A DNA stretch of 64,000 nucleotides from NCBI GenBank assembly GCA_000004985.1, contig GG738872.1. One strand, written 5' to 3'. The position numbers and the translations under genes are program-made. Source of the stretch: Naegleria gruberi. Its lineage: Eukaryota. Every line of letters begins with the position of its first letter. Positions within the stretch are counted from its first letter, which is position 1. This document shows positions 11,638 to 22,300 of this stretch, piece by piece. Below the pieces are notes generated by a model, which was given only the letters and a program-made list of their open reading frames with translations, was not told the DNA's origin and made no database searches.

Positions 11638-12918
11638 TCATTCATATAACAAATCTCGTGCATAAATGAGTACACTGTACTTGTTTAAGAATTGAGAAGC
11701 ATGAGTTTGTTCAACGTAGACATGACCCCATTCACTCATATCTTGATCTTCTTTTTTGCTCATAACAACTTTAAATTCTTTTGTAAGCCATGAACTAACA
11801 TTGACCATATGTAAACGTAATGGAGCTGAGGAAACTTCATCATTTCTCTTTGCATTCTTGGATATGTGTTCCTCAATTCTGTCATACAAGAGTGAAAATC
11901 CACAATTACAAGTCTCTCTAAAAACGTTACCATATTCAGGAGATTCAATCAAATCCGACAATTCAAAGAGTAATTTTTGAACCTTATCATTTTCTTCACC
12001 CTTGTCTTTGGCTAATTGTGAAAGATCAGGTAAGATTAAGTTTGGTAATTTAAATTCACTAGTAGATTCTTCGTTATTATCCAATTTTTGATCTATTTGC
12101 TTTCTAATAGATTCTACAAGCTCCTTAAAATCATTAGTGGCAAATTGATGTTTTAACGATAAATCTAAAACGTGAGCTTTAACAACATTTTCTACAAGAG
12201 AAATTAATTTTGGCAACCCAACATCATTGAAATAAGCTGCATAACCTAAAAATCTATGTTGTGAAACTCTATCGGAAGAAAGTGACAAATGGTTTTTCAA
12301 TTTTTCATCTTCAAATCCTTCTTCTATTTTCTTATTGTTAAAAGTATGCTCCATATATAAATGTCTTCCGATCATTGATATTTGAATTGAAATAATTGTA
12401 TCCATTAAACAAAGAGCATAGATAGATGAAATTGTCCTTGCCAAAGAATCAATTTTAATCTTTTCCCAAACTTGTTTCTTTCTTGATGCCGAAATGTCTT
12501 TTTGTGTTTTTAATTCCTCCACAAGTGATTCAATTGGATATTGTTCATTTAAATGATTAAAAATCTGTAGCAATGATCAGCAATATTATCAATAAAAACC
12601 ACATACATTTGGTAAAACAGAAATCAAGGCTAACTTGGCAGCATTACTATTCTCTGAAAATAAATATTTCATTTGTTGTTCTCTTTTAGCCTTTTCCTTT
12701 GTTTCATCCTTTCGTTTCTTGTACCAATAGTAAGTTAACCCTCCACCAATTCCTAGCACAGATGCAATAGCACCAGTCCAAATCAATTTTTGTTTGTGTT
12801 TCTTAAAGAATCCATTGAACATTTTTTTATCAAGTTGTTTTTTTATTCCGATCGCAAGCTTTTGGCGCAAAGATTGTTTATTTAGCTTCAAGGAAGGAGA
12901 GACAAGGAGAAATTTCAT
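11638..12918 (-). CDS. PEX3: Peroxin-3 (peroxisome biogenesis factor PEX3). Two exons, 12607..12918 and 11638..12564.
   Basis: The N-terminal TM segment (KQKLIWTGAIASVLGIGGGLTYYWYKK) and ...LISVLPN|IFNHLNEQYPIESLVEELKTQKDISASRKKQVWEKIKID match the PEX3 consensus (LSMLPTLREALMQQLN...). A 42-nt intron (minus-strand GTATGT...CTACAG, plus 12565..12606; phase 0) joins ORFs 12589..12918 and 11638..12573. Confidence 0.8.
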
Positions 12919-13124
12919 CTAGAAGAAGGATCAACAAATTCAAGCAAATTATTGTTGTTATTGTTACTAGATAGTTAGACAATTTTCATTTTGTGGGGCA
13001 ATTTTATCATAGGTTAGAAATGGATTAGAAAAAGAGCAACAATAACAACGACTATTTATTTGACGCTAGGAGATGACGAAGGAGTTGAAAAATCTTTTTC
13101 AAATTTATTAAAATATTTAAAAAA

Positions 13125-16002
13125 ATGTTCGAAAAGAGTCTTCAAGATATGGTAAAAGGCATTCGTGCCAATAAAGCCACCGAAGATGCTTATATTCGAT
13201 CATGTGTTTCTGAAATTAAAGATGAACTCAGAGCCAATGATATTAAAAAGAAGGCTGTTGCTGTACAAAAATTAACTTATGTAGGTGTTATTTGTTGATG
13301 ATCGTAGGATTAAATTTTATTAGTTACATATGTTGGGATATGACATGAATTGGGCAGCTTTTCATATTTTGGAAGTTATGAGTAGTCCAATCTTTACTTA
13401 CAAGAGAATTGGTTATCTTGCTGCTTCTCTTGGTTTTACACCACAAACTGATGTTATTTTACTTACTCATCAATTGTTTAGAAAGGAATTGAAGAGTGCT
13501 AATCAATATGATACAGGTCTTGCTGTTTCTGCTATTGCTAATATTGCTACTCCAGACTTGGCAAAGGATTTGGCATCGGAAATTTTGGGACTTTTCAACT
13601 CATCTAGACAATATATTAGAAAGAAGTCTGTCTTGTGTATGTACAAGATTTTCCTTCAATATCCAGATGCATTGAGACCATCCTTCCCTAAACTTAAGGA
13701 AAAGTTGAGTGATTCTCATCCTTGTAGGTATTAGATATTTCATATTATCTAATTAACATTATTGAATAGCTGTTATTTCTTCTGCTGTCAATGTTATTTG
13801 TGAATTGGCTAGAAAGAATCCAAAGAATTACCTTGGTATGGCTCCAATCTTCTACAAGTTGTTGACCAATGTAACTAACAATTGGACCCTAATCAAGATT
13901 GTCAAGTTGATGGGCTCATTGGCTCCTCATGAACCAAGATTGGCCAAGAAGCTCGTTGAACCAATTGCTAATATTATTTCAACCACTCCAGCAAAGAGTT
14001 TGCTCTATGAATGTCTTATTACTGTTACTATCGGTATGCAAGAACATATGACAGTTGTCAAATTGGCTGTTGACAAACTCAAGTCATTTGTTGAAGATAA
14101 GGATCAAAATCTCAAGTACCTCGGTCTTGCTGGTTTGAATAACTTGTTATCTAAATATCCAAAAGTTATTTCTGATATGAAGGATACTATTATGGAGTGT
14201 TTGGAAGATCAAGATGTCACCATTAGATATAGAGCTTTGGACTTGTTATGTGGCGTTGTAAACCAAAAGAATATTAAGGGTATTGTTAGCAAGTTGTTGA
14301 AGCAATTGGAAAAGGCTGAAGGTGATTACAGAGATTTCCTCATTGAAAGAATTATTACTTCATGCTCAAAGGACAATTATAAGGCTATTGCCAACTTTAA
14401 GTGGTATTTGGACATTTTAATCCAATTGACCAACATTAAGTCTGCTCAACATGGTAAATTGATTGCTCAACACATTATGGATGTCTTGATTAGAGTTAAG
14501 AGTCTCAGACAACATGGTGTCAATGAAATGATCTCCTTGTTGACTTCTCCTCACTTGCTCACTGAAAGCTCTGAAACTTCAAGCGTTTTTGATGTATTGT
14601 ATGCTGCTTCTTGGACTATTGGTGAATTATTACATCTTCAGAATTCTCATTGGACACTGAAAAGGAATCTGAAGTTTATCAAGATCCTAATGCTCCAGTT
14701 AGTAACTATCAACGACAAAGAGATGTCTTTATCATCAAGGGAACTGCCAAGAAGAAACCTGTTGCTACTACTGGTGAACCAAAGAAAGTTAAGAAGACTA
14801 CCACAAAGAAGGTCAAGAAGACTAAGAAGTATGATGATGAAAATGAAGAGCCAATGCAAGTCAGTACTGAATTTGAACAAGTTGAAGGTTATGTTCCACC
14901 AAAAGCTAAGGCTGTCGAAACTGAAGATGCTCTCAGTAAGATTGATCTTACTGCTCCAATTGGTGCTGATGAAATATTGCCAACAATCAAGGCTTATCCA
15001 GTTGGATCATCTCCAATTATTCCAAAGAAGGAAAAGGAAGTTCCAGTCAAGAAAACCAAGGAAGCAAAGTCAGAAACCACCACAAAGAAGAAGGTTAAGA
15101 AGACCAAAGAAGGTGCTACTGAAGGAGAAGTCAAGAAAAAGAAGAAGGTTGTCAAGAAGGCTCCAGAATCAAGCAAGCAATTGATTGACTTCTTTGACAC
15201 TCCTGAAGCTTCCGAACCAAAGGTTGAAAAGAAGACTACCAAGAAGAAGGCTTCTTCTGAACCAAAGTCTGAAAAGAAGGCCAGTGCAGGAAAGAAAGGT
15301 TTGAAACTCTTGTGTAGAGACGAACATGTTAAGGTATATTACAATACTAAGGCCTTCCCATTGGATGGTACCACTTTATCAATTCCAATTTCATTGGAAA
15401 ATGTTTCTGATGAAGATGTTAACGCTATTGCCTACAATATTGACAGTACTATGAATCTCAAATTCATTAGACCTGGAATGCAACAAACTGGTGTAGTTCG
15501 TTGTGGATTCTCTCTTGCCCCAGAGTCAACCAACACACTCAATCCATCCTTCACATTCCAATCATTTGTCAGACAACAACAAGTTACAGGTTTTGTAGAA
15601 TATACTCTTGGTACTGAAGACAAACGTAGATTGGACTTTACTATGAAGATTCCATCTTCAATGTTCTTTGTACAAAAACGTGTAACTACTGAAGAATTTG
15701 CCAACTTGATCAAGACTGGTCAATTACCTCACCTTTCTTCAACCAACTGTACCCTTAACGAAAAGATTACCAATGTAAATGATGCTGCTAAGGAAATTGC
15801 CAGACAACTTCGTTTAACTGTTGTTGATTATGTTGCTGACACTGTTTATCAAATGTATGGTAACTCGTGTCAAAATCATCATTTGGCTGTTTTAGTTAAA
15901 GCCAAATCAGCAACCTCTGTTTCTGTTGAACTCAGAACAACTGATGACAACCTGAGCACTTCTCTCATCCAAGAAGTTGCTATGCTCTTCAAGGAAAAGT
16001 AA
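13125..16002 (+). CDS. AP3D1: AP-3 adaptor complex delta subunit. Exons are 13125..13280, 13324..13723 and 13770..16002, with an unresolved frame change near 14672.
   Basis: The N-terminus MFEKSLQDMVKGIRANK...KLTY|LHMLGYDMNWAAFHILEVM is reconstructed across a 43-nt intron (13281..13323). A 46-nt intron (gtaggt...gaatag, 13724..13769; phase 1) gives SDSHP|S|VISSAVNVICELARKNPKNYL, matching AP3D1. Trunk-domain similarity (HLQNSHWTLKRNL versus human HLQEPHHTLEAML) runs to ~14671 in frame 2. The K-rich hinge and C-terminal region continue in frame 1 to 16002. Confidence 0.8.
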
Positions 16003-16154
16003 ATAAAACAATCTCTTGAGACATGTTAATTATTCTTTACAGTTACATCCTTCATGAATTTCTGTCAATCAACAAATTCATTTTCATTCATATTAATTTT
16101 TTAATTAAAAAGTAAATTGATTCTATTTTTAATTACATCATAATTATTAAAAAA

Positions 16155-17078
16155 ATGCCATCAAACCTTCTGGAAAAATTCGCTGATCTCGAACCAATCC
16201 CTGCACAAGAAGGACCAAATCCAGTTGTACAAATTGCCTACTCGGATGATTTTAAAGAAGTGATGGGATACTTCAGAGCAGTTATACAAAATAATGAAAT
16301 TTCTGAACGTGCTTTGGAACTTACTGCTGAAGCTATTGAATTAAATCCTGCAAATTATACAGCATGGCATTATAGACGTATTGTACTTGATGGATTGAAT
16401 GCGGATTTATCGAAAGAAATAGAATATTTAAATCAAGTTTCCGAAGACAACCCTAAAAACTATCAAATTTGGTATCATCGTCAATCGTTGATTGAAAAAC
16501 TTAGAGTTGTTGATGGTGAAAAGGATTTTGTTGAGAAAATGTTTGGTGATGATTCAAAGAATTATCATGTTTGGACTTATAGACAATGGCTTGTCAAGGA
16601 GTTTAATTTATGGGAAGGTGAATTAGATTTTACTATCCGTCTATTTAATCAAGATTTGAGAAACAATAGTGCATGGAATTATCGTTTCTATTTAATTCAA
16701 CATACTACACCAAATTTTGAAACAAATATCCAAGTAAGAAAACAAGAAATTGATGTTGCTTTCGAATACATTCTCAAAGCACCAAACAATGAAAGTCCTT
16801 GGAATTATGCAAAGGGAATGGCTAGCCACTTGATGAAAGAAACATCTCCTGAATATCAAGAAATTGTTGGATATTTAGAAGAAAAGACAAGATCTGTATT
16901 GGAAAGGGTTTCTATTAATCCACATGCTAACTATTTACTCTTTGTTTGTTTGATGAGAAGAGGTCAATTGGAAGAAGCTCTTACAGTTTGTCATAATTTG
17001 CAAAAGTTTGATGGTATTAGAAAGAAATATTGGGAATTCAGAGCTAAACAAGTGGAAGGTTTGATTTCTCAACTTTAA
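16155..17078 (+). CDS. FNTA: Protein farnesyltransferase/geranylgeranyltransferase type-I alpha subunit (PPTA repeats).
   Basis: Repeated W-x-YRR/W-x-HR helical repeats (ANYTAWHYRRIVL, NYQIWYHRQSL, NYHVWTYRQWL, NNSAWNYRFYL) in a 307-aa single-exon ORF. Confidence 0.85.
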   Translation: MPSNLLEKFADLEPIPAQEGPNPVVQIAYSDDFKEVMGYFRAVIQNNEISERALELTAEAIELNPANYTAWHYRRIVLDGLNADLSKEIEYLNQVSEDNPKNYQIWYHRQSLIEKLRVVDGEKDFVEKMFGDDSKNYHVWTYRQWLVKEFNLWEGELDFTIRLFNQDLRNNSAWNYRFYLIQHTTPNFETNIQVRKQEIDVAFEYILKAPNNESPWNYAKGMASHLMKETSPEYQEIVGYLEEKTRSVLERVSINPHANYLLFVCLMRRGQLEEALTVCHNLQKFDGIRKKYWEFRAKQVEGLISQL

Positions 17079-17176
17079 ATAAAATTGTAATTTATTAATT
17101 GACCATACCATGCCACCTTAATTCTGCATTATTGTAAACCAATAGTTTAAACTCAATTTCAAAATAGAACAAAAAA

Positions 17177-17713
17177 ATGTCTGAAATGCTAAAGAGTCTC
17201 ATAGGAGATGATGATTATGATAGCTATGATGAAGATGACGATGAAGATGATCATCAATTATCGGGTGATGATGTCAATGATGAGGAAGAATTACCAAACA
17301 ATGAATCTAGTTATATAGAAAATAAGGAAGAAATTGAAAAGAATATAACATTGAAGGTTCTCTCGGAAAAGAACAAGACAAGAAAGAAAAAGTTTAAACT
17401 TTCCTCATCTTCATCAACAGGAGAAGATAGATCGAAGATGAATCAAGTTCAGATCATGACGATGACTGAGGAAGAGATACAAGACTATCAAAATTTGAAA
17501 CTCTATGGCATTGAAGGACCAAAATTGAAAAAACAAGAGGAAGTGAATGAGGAAGTTAATTTCAAGTTGGACGTGTTGCAATCTTCTAAAATGTTCTTTG
17601 AAGATGTAGATCCAAGTGTTGTTACAATTTATACTGGATCAAAGGCTCATGAAACACAATTTCATTATGTGACTTGCAAATGGTATGACTTGATGCTTGA
17701 AAAGGGGATATAA
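17177..17713 (+). CDS. Hypothetical acidic protein (178 aa), possibly the 5' part of the adjacent Kelch-BTB gene.
   Basis: ORF with a D/E-rich N-terminus. It lies only ~14 nt upstream of the next ORF (17728..19272) on the same strand in a different frame. Confidence 0.35.
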   Translation: MSEMLKSLIGDDDYDSYDEDDDEDDHQLSGDDVNDEEELPNNESSYIENKEEIEKNITLKVLSEKNKTRKKKFKLSSSSSTGEDRSKMNQVQIMTMTEEEIQDYQNLKLYGIEGPKLKKQEEVNEEVNFKLDVLQSSKMFFEDVDPSVVTIYTGSKAHETQFHYVTCKWYDLMLEKGI

Positions 17714-17727
17714 AACTTCGTGAAGAT

Positions 17728-19272
17728 GTGCTCAGAATTGAAGTAACAGAACCAAAATATGTCACTGAGGAATATTCACATACCAAGTCCTTTAATATTG
17801 TACAACAATTATTGAATAGAACAGATCATATGACATGTCTTTCGAGTGATCACAAATATCTATTCATTGCTGGTGGAATAACAGCAAATACTCAACATGA
17901 TGACTTGATTGTTTATGACCTTACTAAAGGAAGATTAAATATTTATAGAGATATTATGAGAGTTAGTAATGAGATGAATGCAAATTCTAATCCTATCTTG
18001 GCTGGTCAATTTATGATTGAAATGAATGGAGATATTTATATTTTTGGGGATTCTGTTTACAAAATTCAGAAAATATTCAAACCACAGGAAATTTGTTTTA
18101 CTCCTGGAATGTTAAATTCATGGTATGGAGGATTTTACTTGTACTCACGAAGAACTCATTTCTCATTTAATAGTACCATTGCTGAGGGTGGTATTGATGT
18201 TTTTGTTTTTGGTGGGAAAACTTTAGCAAATTCAATCTTGGATGATTTATACATTATTCATATTCCTAATAATGTAAATAATCAAATTCCAATGGCATAT
18301 GCTAAAGTAGAAAAGCCAAGAAGAGGAGAAAGAGATTGGCCATCAGCTAGATTTGGACATTCATCGTGTATTATTGCTAACTTGATGTTTGTTTATGGTG
18401 GAATGAGTGCTAAAAATCAATTGTTAAATGACTTGTACGTATTTGACACATCTACTCGTGTTTGGACTGAAATCAACGTTGAATCAATGCTTCCCCCATA
18501 CACAGGCACAATAATCTTGAGTAACTCGAAAGAGGTAAATCAATTTTTGGAATTTGTCAAGTTAGTGTCTGAAGTAAAGCATTTTCCATACATTCAAAAG
18601 ATTTGTAGTATGGATTTGAGAAAGGATTTGAGTTTAACACGAGAAATTTTGGAAGTTATGCACAAAGATTTTACAAGTTTGATCGATGATAAGACCTACA
18701 GCGATTTAGTGATTGTATTGGACCATGATGGCTCTAACCAACCTCCTCCAATGGAAGAAATCTCAATGGAAGACGAGTTGCTTTCACCTCTTTCAGACAG
18801 TAAGATTCCTTCTTCTGGAATTTTTGTACACAAATTGATTGTCTCACGATCTCCATTCTTTGCAAGAATGTTTGTTACAAGTGGTATGTTGGAAAGCAAA
18901 GAGAAGGTTGTGCACTTGACAGACTATTCAAAGGAGATCATGATGGACTTGTTAAAATATTTGTACACTGACATTATTCAACTAAGTCCAAGAAACTGTT
19001 TAGGTATTTTGGTTTATTGCTTAATGTTAGATTTGGGTGACTTGGCCAGTTGTTGCAGAAGAATGGTTTCATCTCTAGTAGACAATAATAATGTGTGGAC
19101 AATACATGAGATAGCAGTTCTTTACAATGAAAAGACACTGGAATGTTCATGTGAACAATATATTGCCAATAACTATGCAACACTAAGCACCAACTCTTTC
19201 TTTTTGGAATTACCTGATATGAGCAGAATTAAGATTAAGCAAATCTATGACAGGAAGAATAAGAAGAAGTAA
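17728..19272 (+). CDS. Kelch-repeat plus BTB/POZ-BACK domain protein (LZTR1-like architecture).
   Basis: Kelch-type blades (YLFIAGG..., IYIFGD..., VFVFGG..., MFVYGG...) are followed by a BTB-like block (SDLVIVLDHDG...IFVHKLIVSRSPFFARMF...VVHLTDYSKEIMMDLLKYLYTD). The ORF track start is a GTG, so the true start is uncertain. Confidence 0.65.
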   Translation: MLRIEVTEPKYVTEEYSHTKSFNIVQQLLNRTDHMTCLSSDHKYLFIAGGITANTQHDDLIVYDLTKGRLNIYRDIMRVSNEMNANSNPILAGQFMIEMNGDIYIFGDSVYKIQKIFKPQEICFTPGMLNSWYGGFYLYSRRTHFSFNSTIAEGGIDVFVFGGKTLANSILDDLYIIHIPNNVNNQIPMAYAKVEKPRRGERDWPSARFGHSSCIIANLMFVYGGMSAKNQLLNDLYVFDTSTRVWTEINVESMLPPYTGTIILSNSKEVNQFLEFVKLVSEVKHFPYIQKICSMDLRKDLSLTREILEVMHKDFTSLIDDKTYSDLVIVLDHDGSNQPPPMEEISMEDELLSPLSDSKIPSSGIFVHKLIVSRSPFFARMFVTSGMLESKEKVVHLTDYSKEIMMDLLKYLYTDIIQLSPRNCLGILVYCLMLDLGDLASCCRRMVSSLVDNNNVWTIHEIAVLYNEKTLECSCEQYIANNYATLSTNSFFLELPDMSRIKIKQIYDRKNKKK

Positions 19273-19358
19273 CTTCTACAGAAACAATTAAAGTGGATTT
19301 AAATAATTTAAATAATTTATTATGATCAAACAAGGTTGAAAAGGTCTTTTGATTGAAA

Positions 19359-22300
19359 TTACAATTGGCAAGTATATTTGTAAACTACACCATCCTCACC
19401 ACCACAGTATAATTTTTTACCATCACTAGTTAAATAAAGACAGGTAACAGCAGATTTGAGATCTTTGAGAGTAACAGACTTGGTCAAAGTGAGCTCGTTC
19501 TTGTTTGTTTCACTTGAAACAGTGTAATTCATATCAAATATACTAATTTCACCATTTGAATGACCAACAAGCAAGTGTTCTCTACCGTCATAAGGATTGA
19601 TAACTTTAAGAGCTGTTGTAGCTGGTGTTCTTCCTAAACTCTTTGAAGCCAAGATGTCACCATTCATAGCATAAACAGTTACTCTGGTCCATTGACAAAC
19701 AATAATTTGTCCAGTGGATGGACATACAGAAATAAATGAAATTGGTTTGTCTTCAACATCTGATGGAATTGACAATTCACGAACATACTTCAATCTACTT
19801 AGATCCCATACAATACATGTTGCATCATAACTTCCACTAACAATGATGTTGAATTCAGAGCTAGCTGTAACGTAAGAGATTTTATCAGTGTGACCACACA
19901 ATCTCTTTTGAATTTCCAAAATTTCAGTCTTCTTATGTTTCTTAATCTTGAAAACACTGACAACACTATCTTCACCACCACAAACAAGCACTTGATGATC
20001 TTTAGTGATAGTAGCATGACTAATTTGAGAGGTATGAAGTCTTTCATGAACTACTATTGGTGTTTCACTGTTACTGTCTCTGAATAATCTTAATGAGTAA
20101 TCAGGATGTCCATAAGAATAGTACTTTGAACTCTTAGCATCTGCAAAGAAGCAATTCTTGTTCACAGCAACAATACCATTAACTAATTGTTTTTGAGTTA
20201 AAGAAATTTGACCAACAGCTAATGGACCCCATAATTGAGGAGTAACAGGTTCAAAAGTGTTGACACCAGAGAAAGGTGTTGTAACTACAACACCTGTGTC
20301 TGAGACAGTACTACTTTCCTTGTATGTGAGTACCTTGTTGATCTTACCTGTTAATTTTCCAAGGGTTGCAGTAAATGAAGGAGCAACAATACCTCCTTGT
20401 AAATCGGCAACAATTGTACTTCCTGCGTCATTGGCATATGTTACATCATCTGCAACAATACCCTTGAGCTTGTTGAAAGAAACACAAATAACATTTGGAT
20501 CAAGAACCTTCTTAAAACTTGGTAATACGACTGGTTGTGTGTTAACAGCAAGTACAAGATTACTAATAAGTCCTGAGCTACCAACAAGTGCACCAACATT
20601 GCCATCGGATGCTTCACCACCTGTAGTTTGTGTACCAACAGTTGGTAATTGATCAGCAGCAGTAATATTTTCAGGAGTTGGACTAATAGTAGGTTGCTTT
20701 TCAATTAATTGATTGGTATTTCTCTTTGGATGTGGTTTTGTGAACAATTGTTGTGGAGTATTACCAAAGTTACTGATTTGAGAAATGATAGCTCTCTTTT
20801 CGATTTCATTCGAAATATTATCAATATCAACAGATCCTTCATATGTTAAATAGAAGAAAACATTCAATGCTTTTTCTGCTTCTGGACCTTTTTGCTTGAA
20901 ACCAAATATTAAATCTACCCATTCATGCAAATGTTCAGAAACATAATCACTTTCCAATGCTTTTCTCATCATCTTTACAAAATATTCAGGATTACCGTGA
21001 GCCCAAGGTGGTAACTCTACTTCATTGACTGGATTACCATTTTGCTTCAAGCCAAACTGTACGTTATTCTTGTTGATCAAAAATTCAGGAAGAACGTAGA
21101 ATTCAGGAATCAATTCCTTAACATCTGATAAAGAGAAATCAGTTGATGCAGATTCCCAAGTTTCCTTGATTGAGTGGAACATACGATCAGCAATATCAAA
21201 CTTGCCTCCTTGTAATTCAACACATTGAGATGTATAAGGTTCAATTCTCAACATGTAGTAAAGTACAATACCTGCACTTGAATAGTGAGAACCATAGTGG
21301 AATTTTGGAATATAAGGATCACACCAACTGTGATATCTTTCACGGAAAAGTTTAGCTCTACCATCATCAATAGCACCCATTGGTTTAGATAAATCACGAT
21401 AAATCTTTGGATCATTAAAGTTCAATTCTTCACTACTATAATCTTGTAAGACCCATGGGAAGATTGGATATTGTGTTAAATCGTTAAAAGATCTTCCAGC
21501 TAAAGTGTTCAAGTACATTAAATATTCAAAGTTATCAACTTCTCCCTTTTGCCACTTTGATTGCATAGTCTTGAGTGAAGGGAAGGCCTTCTTGTGATGT
21601 TTGTCTGAAGATTTGAGTTTTTCATACACTTTGTTCATGTCAACCTTCTCAAGTACTAAGAAGAAGTTTCTACCATCACTACAGAATATTTCAACTGCAG
21701 TTTCTCTCAATAAATATCTTCTCTTGAGAATGTCATTAATATCAGTTAGTGGAATCTTGATTGTTTCATGAGAAATATCAGAAAGTTCATTTTCACTGAC
21801 TGCCTGTTGTGCGCTTGATTCAATCAATGTGGAGTGGTCTCCCTTAACTTCTATTAATTTATCATCATCAGTAAGTACATAGTTGTCGATAATGTAGGCA
21901 TTATTCTTACAAATCAAGAATAGAGACTTTTGTCCATCGAGACCATTAATTCTCAAACTGTTATAACTGAACAAAATCATATCACCAGGTTCGATAAGTT
22001 TTCTAATCTTGAAATCTTCACCCATTTCTTCTTCATACATTGTAAGTAAATCGTCATCATCAACTTCATCAGCAGTAGCATTTTCCAGAGTTGTTCCTTC
22101 ATGAGTATTATCACTTTCCATACTTTCATCCAATGATTCCAAATCACCTCTAGATCTGTTAATTTCAAGTGGTCTTGGACTTCCTTCAAGAGAAATATCT
22201 GTTGTATCAAGAGTAATGGATGGAGGAGCAAGTGCTTCAAGATCCTTGTCATCAAGTTCCTTCTTTGGTTGTAACATTTCACGAGGCTTTGCAGGTGACA

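Noticed and set aside
14622-14641. 20-nt GT-AG micro-intron (gtgaattattacatcttcag) to fix the AP-3 delta frame
   Set aside because: It is far shorter than any other intron in the window, and it would delete residues (LLHLQNSHW) that align to conserved AP3D1 sequence.
17683-17735. 53-nt intron fusing the acidic ORF to the Kelch-BTB ORF
   Set aside because: The phase works but the spliced codon is TGA.
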